In this document: positions 63,535 through 64,000 of the stretch, piece by piece
How the letters are laid out: each line of letters begins with the position of its first letter
Position numbering within the stretch: position 1 is the stretch's first letter
NCBI GenBank assembly: GCA_005790545.1
Contig: SXUL01000068.1
Location: 20,623 to 84,622, forward strand
DNA from: Planctomycetia bacterium
Lineage (GTDB): Bacteria; Planctomycetota; GCA-002687715
Length of the DNA stretch: 64,000 nt
Reading direction: 5' to 3'
Made by a program: the position numbers and the translations under genes
Notes under the pieces: model-generated
Database searches by the model: none
What the model saw: only the letters and a program-made list of their open reading frames with translations
Told to the model about the DNA's origin: nothing

Positions 63535-64000
63535 ATGGCCGGCCTGTGGAAGTCTTTTGCGCCGGAAACTGCCCTGGCGGGCATGATCGAGAGCGAACTG
63601 GCGGCCCTCGCGGGCGGCGCCGAGTTTGCGGTGCGCGCTGCAGGCTTGCCACGCCGCATCGGCAGAGCTCTGCTTCCATCTGGTCAGATGAAGCTTGGTG
63701 TCGTCCTGCTGGAGCGTGGTGTGTGGCGGGCTTGCGATCTCGCGGCTCTCGCCTGCATCGAAGTGGTTGGTGCAGAGGTCGGCATGGAGCTTTTTCTCCA
63801 CGGCGACCGGGACGAACGCTTGATGAGCGTGCGGGCCTTGCCTCTTGTGTCCTCGCAGGGGGAGCTGCAGCAGTTCCTGAGACGCCTGCAGAGCTGCAAC
63901 GATCAGGCGCTCTTCGAAGCCGGTTTCGTTGACAGCAATCATGCGGCACGCGTCCTTGATGAGGCCGACTGGAACCGGGCCGTGTTGAAGCTCGCGTTCG
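63535..64000 (+). CDS. hypothetical protein, N-terminal 155 codons (continues past the window end)
   Basis: Not in the ORF track because it is edge-truncated. My translation from the ATG at 63535, 2 nt after the TatD-like stop, reads MAGLWKSFAPETALAGMIESELAALAGGAEFAVRAAGLPRRIG... Codon usage is reasonable. The antisense ORF 63208..63942 overlaps the TatD-like gene and looks spurious. Confidence 0.5.
   Translation, partial: MAGLWKSFAPETALAGMIESELAALAGGAEFAVRAAGLPRRIGRALLPSGQMKLGVVLLERGVWRACDLAALACIEVVGAEVGMELFLHGDRDERLMSVRALPLVSSQGELQQFLRRLQSCNDQALFEAGFVDSNHAARVLDEADWNRAVLKLAF

Overview
High-G+C, densely coding bacterial chromosomal segment with a strong GC3 bias. That bias creates many long antisense 'shadow' ORFs in the supplied track. 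The organism looks diderm (kdsB, anmK, lipobox lipoproteins); I cannot place the phylum from sequence alone. I support about 58 protein-coding genes and one tRNA-Thr(CGU). I saw no rRNA, CRISPR array, transposase, integrase, phage gene or recognisable defence gene. Housekeeping genes: leuS (truncated at the window start and absent from the ORF track), queG, the gcvT-gcvH-gcvPA-gcvPB operon plus an lplA-like gene, pyrG, kdsB, anmK, trxA, nrnA, pepA, rlmI and a futalosine-type radical-SAM gene. Accessory content: (1) a ~21 kb envelope-glycan locus (35.5-56.6 kb). Its long, tightly overlapping minus-strand operon encodes two YfhO-family and two TMTC/PMT-like GT-C membrane proteins, a polyprenyl-phosphate-sugar-synthase-like GT2, a sugar-1-P nucleotidyltransferase, two methyltransferases and a UGM-like flavoprotein. 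It diverges from a Wzm/Wzt ABC-exporter operon that also carries a methyltransferase-GT fusion, a GT2 and a GNAT-like gene. A smaller flippase/GT2/GT4 module lies at 14.8-18.3 kb. (2) A TetR plus HcrCAB-type molybdenum hydroxylase plus MocA locus whose FAD subunit carries a 4-Cys insertion. (3) A membrane-anchored MglA-like protein with degenerate GTPase motifs next to the gcv operon. My best candidate for something undescribed is the four-GT-C glycan locus, followed by the MglA-like pseudo-GTPase. All functional calls rest on motif and family recognition by eye. No database search was possible, and start codons are often uncertain. The first 'M' of an ORF-track entry is sometimes a GTG or TTG codon.
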